Below are positions 27,522 to 36,777 of a stretch of DNA of 64,000 nt, piece by piece. The DNA is from Fimbriimonadaceae bacterium (GTDB taxonomy: Bacteria; Armatimonadota; Fimbriimonadia; Fimbriimonadales; Fimbriimonadaceae). The position numbers and the translations under genes are program-made. Positions within the stretch are counted from its first letter, which is position 1; every line of letters starts with the position of its first letter. The notes beneath the pieces were generated by a model. It did not search any database. It had not been told where the DNA came from and saw only the letters and a program-made list of their open reading frames with translations. Location: contig JBASWW010000071.1 in NCBI GenBank assembly GCA_049276675.1, forward strand, positions 28,819 to 92,818. The letters run 5' to 3'.

Positions 27522-29009
27522 ATGAAGGAAGAAACCAAGGTCCTTTGGCTAGTGATCTGTCTCGCTGCGGCGCTGCCGTTCCTCGGCTTTTGGCTCACCG
27601 GGCTCACCGACCTCGACGAGGGCTACTACGGCGCGGTCGCAGCCGAGATGAATCGCCGGGGCGAATGGCTCATCCCTTTTTACAACGGCTCGCCCTGGTT
27701 CGAAAAGCCCATTCTCCTTTACTGGCTTGCCAAGCCCAGCCTGATGCTCTTCGGCGAGGTGGTCGGTCCGCGCCTGCCGAGCGTCGTTTGCAGCCTTGGA
27801 ACCCTGGCCGTCGTGGCCTGGTTCTGTCGGAGGCGGCTGTCGGATGACACGGCGAAATGGGCGGTTCTGATTCTATCCGGGAGCATCCTGTTTGGGGCCG
27901 CGGGGCAGATGATGCTTGCCGATCCGTCCCTGACCCTCTTCCTTACAGCGGCATTCCTGACCTTCTATGAATCTTTGCTCGGAGATCGGCGCTGGAGGCT
28001 AGTGACGGCCGCCTGTCTGGGGTTCGCAGTTCTCGCCAAGGGGCCGGTCGCGCTGGTGCTGTTCGGTGCTGTGGCTGGGCTCACCTACTATTTGGAGCCA
28101 TGGATCAGGCATAAGTTTCGAGGGTATTGGCTGCTCGGCACGGGAATTCTGCTTGCCGTCTTGAGCCTGTGGTACTTGCCTGTCTATCTCGCCCGGCCGG
28201 ACGGCTTTGTCCAGGAATTCCTGATAAGGCAGAATCTTCAGCGATTCACCGGAGGCGATGCGGCGCACTCTATGAACTGGGCGCTCGGGCTCGCATTCTA
28301 TGCCGCCATTCTGCTCGTTGGCTTCATGCCTTGGTCGCTTTGGTGGAAGCGATCATTTCGCGAGGCAAAGAGGGACTCGCTAGAGCGTCCGATCCTGAGA
28401 TTTCTTCTTGGATGGGCCTTGGTCGTCTGGCTCCTCTTCACAATCAGCGCGGCCAAGCTCCCTCATTACATTCTCCCTGCGATGCCTCCTCTGGCGATCG
28501 TCCTGGGCCACTATCTCGCTCAACCGAAACTCAGACAGGTCTCGATGAAATGGGGGATCGCGTGGGTCGTGGTCCTCGCGGCGATCATGAACGCGGGGCT
28601 CTTCGCTTGGTATCGAGGGTGGTTCCCAGGCACCGCCTCGCAAGCGGAAGCCCACGAGCTGGCCCGCTTCATGCGCGATCAGAAAGGGCCGGTCGCGCTG
28701 TTTCGGCTCTCGCGCCCGGATGCCTCGCTTGGCACGGGGAAGGTGGAAATCCAGCAGACGATGCTGCCCTCCATGCTCTTCTATCTGGACAGCAACGTGC
28801 TGATGCCCCGAGCTCCAAGGGAGGGCGAAGATCCACTTTCCGATGTGAAGGAGCTGATTGCCGCGCCAAAGCCCCTTTGGGTTTTTACACGGGAAGGGCG
28901 CATCACTCCGGAGATCCAATCTTTCATAGAACGCTCGCAGCACACGCTTGAGCTTGCCAAGGCCGGGCCTGCGGGCGACTACCTGGTTTACAAGTTGGAC
29001 GTGCAGTGA
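27522..29009 (+). CDS. Glycosyltransferase family 39 (ArnT/PMT-like) membrane protein
   Basis: DLDEGYYGAVAAEMNRRGEWLIPFYNGSPWFEKPILLYWL N-terminal loop motif and ~11 TM helices. Confidence 0.82.
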   Translation: MKEETKVLWLVICLAAALPFLGFWLTGLTDLDEGYYGAVAAEMNRRGEWLIPFYNGSPWFEKPILLYWLAKPSLMLFGEVVGPRLPSVVCSLGTLAVVAWFCRRRLSDDTAKWAVLILSGSILFGAAGQMMLADPSLTLFLTAAFLTFYESLLGDRRWRLVTAACLGFAVLAKGPVALVLFGAVAGLTYYLEPWIRHKFRGYWLLGTGILLAVLSLWYLPVYLARPDGFVQEFLIRQNLQRFTGGDAAHSMNWALGLAFYAAILLVGFMPWSLWWKRSFREAKRDSLERPILRFLLGWALVVWLLFTISAAKLPHYILPAMPPLAIVLGHYLAQPKLRQVSMKWGIAWVVVLAAIMNAGLFAWYRGWFPGTASQAEAHELARFMRDQKGPVALFRLSRPDASLGTGKVEIQQTMLPSMLFYLDSNVLMPRAPREGEDPLSDVKELIAAPKPLWVFTREGRITPEIQSFIERSQHTLELAKAGPAGDYLVYKLDVQ

Positions 29010-29687
29010 CTAGAGCTTAAGAAACTTCCGCATGGCGGCAAGCTTCTTCGGCCCGATTCCCTTGACCGCCATAAGCTCATCAATGGAGGTGAACCCGCCC
29101 TGTGAACGTCGGTAGTCGAGGATTTTTGCGGCGGTGGCCGGACCGACGCCTGGGAGTCGCTCGAGCTGGGAGGCGGAGGCGGTGTTCAAGGATACGGAGC
29201 TCGGCGCAGGCTTGGCACTCGAGCGCGATCCGCCCTTGGACGTGCCTCCCGAAGCATAGTTGGTTTTTGCAGAAGGGCCGCCTCGGTAGGGTTCAGCAAC
29301 TTTTTCGAGCGCTTCCGGGGAGTCTTTGGCCGGGACGTAGATTTGGGTTCCGTCCAGCACTTTCGCGGCGAGATTGAGATTGTCTAGATCAGCATTGACC
29401 GCCCCGCCCGCCAGCTCGATCGCCTCCTGCACACGGATGTCGCCTTCGAGCTCCAGAACACCTGGCCGCTTCACCGCTCCCGCCACATGGACGGTGATCT
29501 TTCCGGAGATCGGGGCGGGCTTAGCTGCACCGCCAGTCGCTGTTTCAACCGCGATCGCCTTTTGCTCAAAGCCGATCGGCGCGGGCTTTTCGAGATAGCG
29601 CTGGCCCGCATAGCCCAGCCCGAACAGGGCGATCACCATTATCGCCAAGTAACCGAAGCGCTCGTTCGGCGTGAGCTGCGACAGCAT
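29010..29687 (-). CDS. comEA: ComEA family DNA-binding protein (SLBB + helix-hairpin-helix)
   Basis: TM anchor, SLBB-type VHVAGAVKRPGVLEL, and the C-terminal LNTASASQLERLPGVGPATAAKILDYR...ELMAVKGIGPKK HhH repeats. Confidence 0.88.
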   Translation of the reverse strand: MLSQLTPNERFGYLAIMVIALFGLGYAGQRYLEKPAPIGFEQKAIAVETATGGAAKPAPISGKITVHVAGAVKRPGVLELEGDIRVQEAIELAGGAVNADLDNLNLAAKVLDGTQIYVPAKDSPEALEKVAEPYRGGPSAKTNYASGGTSKGGSRSSAKPAPSSVSLNTASASQLERLPGVGPATAAKILDYRRSQGGFTSIDELMAVKGIGPKKLAAMRKFLKL

Positions 29688-29711
29688 GGCTTATTATTCC
29701 TAAAGATAACG

Positions 29712-30653
29712 CTAATCACGCACTTTTTCATCGCCGAACCATCGGCCATCTCCCAAGAGGGCATGTCTCCATCCGCGGACGCTCACAAGACATCCCTCGA
29801 CGCTCAATGCAAAGAGGCAGCGCTCCAAGATCAGCGCCCCGATGTGGATCGTGCCTTCACGCCCCTTCTCAATGCCCGCCAAACCCGCTCGCTCGCTGTC
29901 CGTCATCGAGCAGAGCCAGCCAACCGAGCGCCCAATTTCCTCATAGTCCAGGAATGCCCCGTGTACGCGCCGTGGCTCCCATGCGGCCATCGCTTCGCGG
30001 ATCGTGACGAGGTTGGTTGCCGTCGCGCCGAGGGCTACAACACGGCCAGCCTCCCCGGGCTGGCAATTCAGAGCGATCGCGTCGTCAATTTCCTGCACCG
30101 CGAACATCCGGGAGGCGACGCTCGGAGACTCTTCATGCAGGACCCCGCTGCGCAAGGCCAGGGTTCCGATGGGGAAACTATGCGAAAAGCGGATCTCCCT
30201 TTTCTTCCCAGCAAGCCTCGAAAACACAATCTCCGTGCTCTGACCTCCAACGTCCACTATCGAGAGCGGCGTGCGATGGGCGAAGGTCGGGTCCTCGGCA
30301 ACACTCTTAAAGCCCAGGTCGGCCTCGTCGTCGCCCGACAGCACGGTCACCGGCGTGTTCTGCGATTGGGCGCGGGCTAGAAACTCGTCTGTGTTCGAGG
30401 CAATCCTCGCCGCCATCGTCGCCGCGGCCACAAGCCGATCCGCGCCCGCTTCGATCGCGCGGTCATAGAACTTGCGCACGGCCTTCAAGGTCTTGGCCAA
30501 TCCAGCCTCGGATAAAACGCCCGTCTTTTTTGTGCCTTCCCCAAGGCCCGTCACGCTGCTAGCTTCCATGACGGGAATCCAAACGCCCTCTCGCAGCTCC
30601 GCGACGACCAGCAGCACGGAGTTGGACCCCACATCGATGACAGCCCGACGCAT
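29712..30653 (-). CDS. Ppx/GppA family phosphatase (exopolyphosphatase-like)
   Basis: AVIDVGSNSVLLVVAE N-terminal ASKHA motif and VDVGGQSTE. Confidence 0.85.
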   Translation of the reverse strand: MRRAVIDVGSNSVLLVVAELREGVWIPVMEASSVTGLGEGTKKTGVLSEAGLAKTLKAVRKFYDRAIEAGADRLVAAATMAARIASNTDEFLARAQSQNTPVTVLSGDDEADLGFKSVAEDPTFAHRTPLSIVDVGGQSTEIVFSRLAGKKREIRFSHSFPIGTLALRSGVLHEESPSVASRMFAVQEIDDAIALNCQPGEAGRVVALGATATNLVTIREAMAAWEPRRVHGAFLDYEEIGRSVGWLCSMTDSERAGLAGIEKGREGTIHIGALILERCLFALSVEGCLVSVRGWRHALLGDGRWFGDEKVRD

Positions 30654-30685
30654 CCAATGAGTCTACACGGCAGTAGAATCCGGAC

Positions 30686-32122
30686 ATGGCCAAGCTGCTG
30701 GGCATTGATGTGGGCACTTCCGGGGCGAGGGCATTGCTGATCGACGAGGCGGGGCGGGTTCTGCGCCAATCGTCCGCCGCATACCCGATCTCGACGCCGA
30801 GACCCCTATGGTCCGAGCAAAATCCCGAAGATTGGTGGCAAGGCGTTTGCCGCTGTATCGAGGCCATCGGCGAGCGGCAAGTTGATGCGATCGGGATCAC
30901 GGGCCAGATGCATGGCTCGGTCTTCCTGGATGCGCGCGATGAGGTTATCCGGCCCGCAATTCTCTGGAACGACCAGCGCACCGCGGCAGAATGCGCGGAG
31001 ATCGATGCAGCAGTCGGCCGGGACAAAGTTCGGCAGATCACCTGCAATCCGCCGTTGACCGGATTCCAGCTACCCAAGATCCTTTGGCTGCGCAATCATG
31101 AGCTCAGCGGCTACCAGCGACTCAGGAGTGTGCTGCTGCCGAAAGACTTTATAAGGTTCAAGCTCACCGGCGTCAAAGCCACCGAGCATAGCGACGCGAG
31201 CGGTGTTGGACTGCTGGACGTCCCAAACCGAACTTGGTCGGGCGAAATGATGGGCTTGCTGGAGCTTGATCCGAGCCTCTTTCCGCCGACTTTCGAGTCC
31301 GAGGAACCAACAGGACAGACCCGCGCAACGAGTGGTATCGAAGCCGGCATCCCGGTCGTAGGCGGAGGGGGCGACCAGGCGGCGGCGGGTGTGGGCACTG
31401 GAGCCGTAGCAGAAGGCATCTTGAGCGTGAGTCTGGGAACGAGCGGCGTGGTGTTCACCGCCCTCGATGAGCCGCTATACGATCCAAATAGCTCGGTGCA
31501 TACCTTTTGCCATGCAAACGGAAAGTGGCACGCAATGGGGGTCATGCTCGCGTGCGGCGGTGCGTTGCGTTGGTTTCGGGACACGTTCCACCCCGGCAAG
31601 TCCTATGATGAGGTCGCTGAACTCGCTGCAGGAGCCCCGCCGGGATGTGAGGGCCTGACTTTTCTGCCGTACCTCACGGGGGAGCGTTGCCCGCATAACG
31701 ATCCGGCGGCAACGGCCGCTTTCGCGGGTTTGACTTTGGGACATGGGCCCGCGCACCTCGCTCGAAGCGTTTTCGAGGGAATCAGTTTTGGGCTCGTGGA
31801 GGCCAACCGCGAGCTGACGAAGCTTGGGGCGGCGGTTCGCGAGATACGGGTGACGGGTGGCGGGGCAAAGAGCCCTTTCTGGTTGCAGATGCTGGCGGAT
31901 TTGCTCGATTCGCCGTGCGTGATACCCGAGGTGGACGAGGGTCCGGCGTACGGAGCCGCAATCCTGGCAGGAGCGGGCATCGGGCTTTGGCCGAGCGTTG
32001 AAAGCGCTTGCGCCGACGTAGTTAGATTCCAGGGCGTGACCCATCCCCAAGGAACCGAGTATTGGGAATGTCAGGGCCGCTTCGCAGATCTTTACGCCTC
32101 GATAAGAGATTGGAAGCATTAA
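30686..32122 (+). CDS. xylB: Xylulokinase (FGGY carbohydrate kinase)
   Basis: LGIDVGTSGARALLIDE, WSEQNPEDWW, GITGQMHG and the C-terminal GGGAKSPFWLQMLADL. Confidence 0.88.
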   Translation: MAKLLGIDVGTSGARALLIDEAGRVLRQSSAAYPISTPRPLWSEQNPEDWWQGVCRCIEAIGERQVDAIGITGQMHGSVFLDARDEVIRPAILWNDQRTAAECAEIDAAVGRDKVRQITCNPPLTGFQLPKILWLRNHELSGYQRLRSVLLPKDFIRFKLTGVKATEHSDASGVGLLDVPNRTWSGEMMGLLELDPSLFPPTFESEEPTGQTRATSGIEAGIPVVGGGGDQAAAGVGTGAVAEGILSVSLGTSGVVFTALDEPLYDPNSSVHTFCHANGKWHAMGVMLACGGALRWFRDTFHPGKSYDEVAELAAGAPPGCEGLTFLPYLTGERCPHNDPAATAAFAGLTLGHGPAHLARSVFEGISFGLVEANRELTKLGAAVREIRVTGGGAKSPFWLQMLADLLDSPCVIPEVDEGPAYGAAILAGAGIGLWPSVESACADVVRFQGVTHPQGTEYWECQGRFADLYASIRDWKH

Positions 32123-32204
32123 GGGATGGTTGGGCAGCGTGGCTCGAACCTACGATCTGGTAGTATAAGCGGTCACGTTTCCGCGTGACCGAGAGACATC
32201 ATTT

Positions 32205-33938
32205 ATGACGACCGACGAGAGCCTGACGCCAACGGACCAAGAAACGGGTCCAGGGCCGCAAGAGGAAGCAGCCCAGGCGTCCGAACCCATCGAGGCGGCA
32301 GAGCCGCCTTCCAACGACCAATCGCTGCCACCGGAGCAACCCGAAGCGGAGGCGGAAGAGCCTCGGACGCCTGCACCGGAGGACGAAGTGCCGGCCGCCG
32401 CAGCCGTTGCCGAGGACGAGCCGCCGAGCCCGTTTCCACGGCAGGATCCTCGGTTGCCTGAGCCCGAGCCCGTCGCGGCAGTGGAGGTTCGATCTGAGGC
32501 TGAATCGCGCCAAGACGATCGTGGCCTGTTTGAAGCGGCGATGAACGCGATGGAGGCTGGAGAGGACCCTGGGTTCGAAGGCTCATACAAGAAACTTTCT
32601 CGTGGCGACATGGTCGAAGCGACGGTCATTCAAGTGGACCGCGACCGGGTATTCGTCGATCTCGGAACGAAGTCGGAAGGGATTGTGCCGCTCGGCGAGC
32701 TCAGCGATTTGAATCTCGAATCGGCTTTAGGCCACGTGCAGATTGGCGACAAGATCAACGTCGTCGTGCTCCGCCCAGAGGGTGGCGAGGGCAACCCGAT
32801 CGTATCGAAAAAGCGTGCCGACTTCGAATCATCTTGGGATGTCATCGAGCAATCTTTCGAGCAGGGCAAGTTCATCAATGCTCAAGTTATCGACCGGGTA
32901 AAGGGCGGCCTCGTGGTTGATATCGGCGTCCGGGGGTTCGTGCCAGCAACCCACGTGGGCAGCGGCAAGCTTCGAAATATCGAAAAATATGTCGGCCAGC
33001 CGATGCAGCTCAAGATCATCGAGATCGACCGGGATAAGAAAAAAGTCGTTCTCTCCAATCGGCAGGCTGCGGAAGACCAGCGTGCTAAGGCAAAAGAGGA
33101 CATCTTTACAAACGTCGCGCCCGGCGACATTGTCGACGGCTCGATTCGAAGGTTGACTGAATACGGCGCATTCGTCGACCTCGGCGGAGTCGATGGGCTG
33201 CTACACATCAGCGAAATGAGCTGGGCCAGGATCAGCCATCCGAAAGAGATGTTCCGCGAGGGCCAGAAAATCAAGGTCATGGTCTTGCGGCTCGATCCCG
33301 CCGCTGGCAAGATCAGCTTGGGCCATCGCCAGGTGCTTCCTGATCCTTGGAATCTGATAAAAGAGCAATACACAGTCGGCCAGAAGATCACGTGCACCAT
33401 CGGCCGGATCGTTCTAAGCGGCGCATTTATCAAGCTACCCGAAGGGGCAGAGGCCTTCATGCCGGCCAGTGAGATGTCGGTTCGACGTATTCGAAGGCCG
33501 CAGGACGCGGTGGAAGAAGGGCAGGAAGTCGAGGCGCAAATCATCGACCTTCGGCCCGATGAGCGGCGCATGGTTCTCTCGATGCGCGCACTAGGAGGCG
33601 GCTCGGAGCCGCAGCGTGCGGGGGCGGGACCTGGACAGGCAGCGCCATCTTATGACGATGACCGAGGGCTCGGCGACAAGCGCGGCAAAAAGGTCAAGAA
33701 GAAGGGTCGCGGCGGCAGGCACGAAGAAGAAGAGTTCGAGGAAGTCGTTGGCAGGCGTGGGTTTGCGACTGGCGGTGCGACGATCGGAGAGCGCCTGGGC
33801 ATGCTCAAGGGATTTCTGGGTCGCGATGAAGAGGAAGAGGAACTTGAGCGGCCTGATGAAGCGGCTTCGGAGGAAGCCAAGGCAGAACCAGCCCCCGAGC
33901 CCAAATCCGACGATGGCGATTCGCCCGAAGAGAAGTAA
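32205..33938 (+). CDS. rpsA: 30S ribosomal protein S1 with acidic N- and C-terminal extensions
   Basis: Four S1 OB-fold repeats (GDMVEATVIQVDRDRVFVDLG, GKFINAQVIDRVKGGLVVDIG, GDIVDGSIRRLTEYGAFVDLG, GQKITCTIGRIVLSGAFIKL), flanked by Glu/Pro/Ala-rich tails. Confidence 0.9.
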   Translation: MTTDESLTPTDQETGPGPQEEAAQASEPIEAAEPPSNDQSLPPEQPEAEAEEPRTPAPEDEVPAAAAVAEDEPPSPFPRQDPRLPEPEPVAAVEVRSEAESRQDDRGLFEAAMNAMEAGEDPGFEGSYKKLSRGDMVEATVIQVDRDRVFVDLGTKSEGIVPLGELSDLNLESALGHVQIGDKINVVVLRPEGGEGNPIVSKKRADFESSWDVIEQSFEQGKFINAQVIDRVKGGLVVDIGVRGFVPATHVGSGKLRNIEKYVGQPMQLKIIEIDRDKKKVVLSNRQAAEDQRAKAKEDIFTNVAPGDIVDGSIRRLTEYGAFVDLGGVDGLLHISEMSWARISHPKEMFREGQKIKVMVLRLDPAAGKISLGHRQVLPDPWNLIKEQYTVGQKITCTIGRIVLSGAFIKLPEGAEAFMPASEMSVRRIRRPQDAVEEGQEVEAQIIDLRPDERRMVLSMRALGGGSEPQRAGAGPGQAAPSYDDDRGLGDKRGKKVKKKGRGGRHEEEEFEEVVGRRGFATGGATIGERLGMLKGFLGRDEEEEELERPDEAASEEAKAEPAPEPKSDDGDSPEEK

Positions 33939-33962
33939 TCCGTTCTTATTTCGGACTCGCAG

Positions 33963-33999
33963 CGGGTCAGAGCCGAGTGGCGACTCTGCCCCGTTTTTT
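33963..33999 (+). terminator. Intrinsic terminator downstream of rpsA
   Basis: Stem cgggtcagag / ctctgccccg (10 bp, 1 mismatch), 11-nt loop, followed by TTTTTT at 33994-33999. Confidence 0.7.
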
Positions 34000-34028
34000 G
34001 TTTGCTTTGCACAGACAGGCAGGACAAA

Positions 34029-34583
34029 ATGAGAGTCGCGATCACGGGCGGGATCGCCGAGGGAAAAAGCACCGTCTTGGGATACCTCGCGTCAATGGGC
34101 CACTCAACATTGTCGAGCGATCGAGTAGCCGAGGACCTCTATAGTGATAGTTATATCCAGCAGCAACTAGCGGGCTTGCTGGGTATTGAAGTGCCCGTGT
34201 CGCGCGAGTCGGCGAGAAATGCGATTCTCGCACAGCCCGAACTCAGGCTAGGCCTAAACAGGCTACTTCATCCTCATATAGCAAACATTATATTGTCGGG
34301 TATATCAGAGTTTACAGAGGTGCCTCTTCTGCTGGAGACCTGCCTTCAGGGACGGTTCGACAGCATTTGGGTGGTGACCTGCGGCGGCACGGAGCAGATG
34401 CGCCGATTGATTGCTCGGCTTGGTGATGAGGAAGAGGCTGGCAGGCTGGTCCAGATTCAGATTCCCACGGAAGTGAAAACGAAATATGCGAATCAAGTGA
34501 TCCGAACTAACGCTGGTGAAGATACCGTCAAGGCATCTGTGGCGGCGGCTCTCTCAGTTGAGCTTGCGGCTCTTGCAACGTAA
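34029..34583 (+). CDS. coaE: Dephospho-CoA kinase
   Basis: MRVAITGGIAEGKSTV P-loop start and an EVPLL segment. Confidence 0.85.
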   Translation: MRVAITGGIAEGKSTVLGYLASMGHSTLSSDRVAEDLYSDSYIQQQLAGLLGIEVPVSRESARNAILAQPELRLGLNRLLHPHIANIILSGISEFTEVPLLLETCLQGRFDSIWVVTCGGTEQMRRLIARLGDEEEAGRLVQIQIPTEVKTKYANQVIRTNAGEDTVKASVAAALSVELAALAT

Positions 34584-34601
34584 ACGGGATCGTGCTATAC
34601 T
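34573..34601 (+). promoter_or_regulatory. Sigma70-like promoter candidate (TTGCAA - 17 nt - TATACT)
   Basis: TTGCAA at 34573-34578 and TATACT at 34596-34601 with a 17-nt spacer. It lies about 200 nt upstream of the GTG 34808 gene, which has a strong AAGGAGG Shine-Dalgarno. Confidence 0.4.
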
Positions 34602-34807
34602 CTCCCAGTTTTCTTAGCAGGTAGGGCGCCTAGGTCACGACAAGCACAGCTGACCTGTGCGGCTTTTATGAATAAGAATAGGTTTTGGTTGCGGACTGCG
34701 AGACATTTCGGCCAAGGAGCGTCCATACTCATGCGGCGCCCGGTTGAATGTTGTCGGGTTGCGCATGGACTTTGGATTATGAGGACTGACAAGGAGGACT
34801 CGCTATT

Positions 34808-36718
34808 GTGAGGCGGTTCATTACATCTTTGCCCGGGCGCGCCGTGATGCATTTCATGGCTGTCGCCCTTGTTTTGCCGTACCTATCTCTCGCGCTTGCG
34901 AATAGGGCCGAGGCTCAGCTTACGACTTTGCAGTCGTGGGCCGTGCTGGAGTTCGAAAACCAGAGCAAGAAAGGTGGGGCAAACTTTGGAAAGGCTGCTG
35001 CTGAGGCAGTCCATAACGAGTTGGCGAAAGCAGCCAAGGTTGACACCGTGCCGCAGGAGACGATCCAGCGGTCGATGACCGATCTTGGCCAGGTTCCGCC
35101 ACTCCGCACGAAGACGGACATGCTGCGTCTGGGCCAAGAGGTTCGAGCAACTTCTGTGGTAACCGGCGCGGTGGTCGACTGGCGTGTATCTCAGAGTGGA
35201 GGCGGAAAGAGCGGCGAGGTCGTCCTGCAGGTGATCGTCACCGACGTTGCGTCGGGGTTGCCCGCGAATGGCGCCCTTGTACAGGGTCAATCGACGACGC
35301 GTGCCGGCGACGTGTCGGATGAGACGCTTATCAACGAGGCTCTTTCGTCGGCAGCAGCGCAAGCCGTTCTGACAATCAATAGCCAGATCCTTCCGACGGG
35401 GACGGTTTTGAATACCGTCGGCCAGGAAGCTCTGATCAATCAGGGCGAGCGAACCGGCTTCAAGGTCGGGCAGGAAGTTGTCGTCCTTCGGGGACGTCAG
35501 CAGGTTGCGACCGCGGTTGTGGTCGACACCGATCCCGATAGCTCGAACATTCGAATCACTAAACAAATCCTTGGCACACAGCCTGGGGACAAGGTTCGGG
35601 CGATCTTCCCGGTGCCTGTTCCCAAGGCAGGCGGGGGGGTTTGGGGCTCTCCTGGCGGCACGCCGAACGCGAAGCCGGGAGCACGACGGGCACGTGGGGG
35701 CGCTGGCATTGGCTCCATCGCCGTTCTCATTGGCATTGCCGCGATCTTGTTCGGGGGCGGCCGCGGGTCCAGCGGAACTTTGGCCCATGATGTGAACGCC
35801 CAGGCTACGCTCTATCCGAACGAGTCGGGTGTGCCGGCAGTTCATCTGAGCTGGAGCCCGGATCTGTTCGCAAAGGGTGCGCAGCAGCGCGTCCAGTGGC
35901 AGATTTGGCGGGACGACGTCATTGACACCCCGGTTCTTGCCGTCTCTGGCGATCGGGTGACCGCCATAGACACAACGGAAGCAAGGGATGTCAGCTGGCA
36001 AGGTGCTCCGACCGGAGGCACTGAATGTGTTGGGGACAGTCGTGAAGACGCTCTGGCCCGACCTGGTGTTACGCCAGGCAGACCCTATCAGTATCAAGTT
36101 CAGTTGCTCTACAAGGTCAATTCGATCGATCTGCCCACCGGTGGCGGTGGTACCGGAACGACTGGAACGACTGGAACTACTGGAACGACCGGAACGACCG
36201 GAACGACGGGAACGACGGGCACAAATCTCTCTACAGGTGGAACAACCACCGGTGGAACAACCACGACCGGCGGAACGACGGGAACGCAGGATTGCTACTT
36301 CGCTTCGCTCAAGACAGCTGCTCGGGGCCTTGCGACCCCGTACAACAGACCTACGTTGGTTTCGCCGGCTCCCAATGCGGTGATTTCAACGCCGACGCCG
36401 TTTAGCTTCCAGTCGGTGGTGAATCCAGCATTCCCGTCGACGGTGCTATACGTGGTTCAGATCGCTACCACACCGACCTTCCCCAAGGGATCGACGGTTA
36501 CGGTTGCAACCCTGACCCGAAACGACCTGGGGACCTTGAGCACGGCCATTGTGGACGTGAGCACGATATTCCCAGGAGCTAATGAACTGTGGTGGAGGGT
36601 TGGCGCCCGCAATGTTGCGGACAATCCGGGGCCTTTGCCGGATTCGAGTGGCCAACGTTACATCTTCAGCTCCCCGCGAAGGTTCACGAGGCCGGGCGGT
36701 CCTCCTCCGCCTCCGTAA
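34808..36718 (+). CDS. Hypothetical envelope protein: signal peptide, LpoB/CsgG-like N-terminal module, internal TM helix, Thr/Gly-repeat linker
   Basis: GTG start 10 nt after AAGGAGG. WAVLEFENQSKKGG...VVTGAVVDW resembles the alpha/beta module of LpoB/CsgG/TolB-N type lipoproteins. Hydrophobic IGSIAVLIGIAAILFGG and a (TGT)n stretch are present. Confidence 0.6.
   Translation: MRRFITSLPGRAVMHFMAVALVLPYLSLALANRAEAQLTTLQSWAVLEFENQSKKGGANFGKAAAEAVHNELAKAAKVDTVPQETIQRSMTDLGQVPPLRTKTDMLRLGQEVRATSVVTGAVVDWRVSQSGGGKSGEVVLQVIVTDVASGLPANGALVQGQSTTRAGDVSDETLINEALSSAAAQAVLTINSQILPTGTVLNTVGQEALINQGERTGFKVGQEVVVLRGRQQVATAVVVDTDPDSSNIRITKQILGTQPGDKVRAIFPVPVPKAGGGVWGSPGGTPNAKPGARRARGGAGIGSIAVLIGIAAILFGGGRGSSGTLAHDVNAQATLYPNESGVPAVHLSWSPDLFAKGAQQRVQWQIWRDDVIDTPVLAVSGDRVTAIDTTEARDVSWQGAPTGGTECVGDSREDALARPGVTPGRPYQYQVQLLYKVNSIDLPTGGGGTGTTGTTGTTGTTGTTGTTGTTGTNLSTGGTTTGGTTTTGGTTGTQDCYFASLKTAARGLATPYNRPTLVSPAPNAVISTPTPFSFQSVVNPAFPSTVLYVVQIATTPTFPKGSTVTVATLTRNDLGTLSTAIVDVSTIFPGANELWWRVGARNVADNPGPLPDSSGQRYIFSSPRRFTRPGGPPPPP
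36155..36217. repeat. Seven tandem 9-bp units (ggaacgacN) encoding (GTT)7
   Basis: ggaacgact x2, ggaactact, ggaacgacc x2, ggaacgacg x2, followed by degenerate GGTTT-type units to about 36290. Confidence 0.95.
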
Positions 36719-36777
36719 CCTCGATAATTCCCCCGGCTTAGCATCGAACGCCGGGGGAATAGCGGACGTCCTCAATA

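Noticed and set aside
32131-32190. tRNA-like fragment (tgggcagcgtggctcgaacctacgatctgg resembles the complement of a tRNA 3' acceptor/T-arm) followed by a 7-bp hairpin ggtcacg-tttccg-cgtgacc just after xylB.
   Set aside because: No complementary 5' acceptor strand, no D-arm and no 7-nt anticodon loop could be folded, and the T-stem has a mismatch. It may be a decayed tRNA remnant or an att-like scar, or simply a U-less hairpin after xylB, but it is not a functional tRNA. No integrase is nearby.
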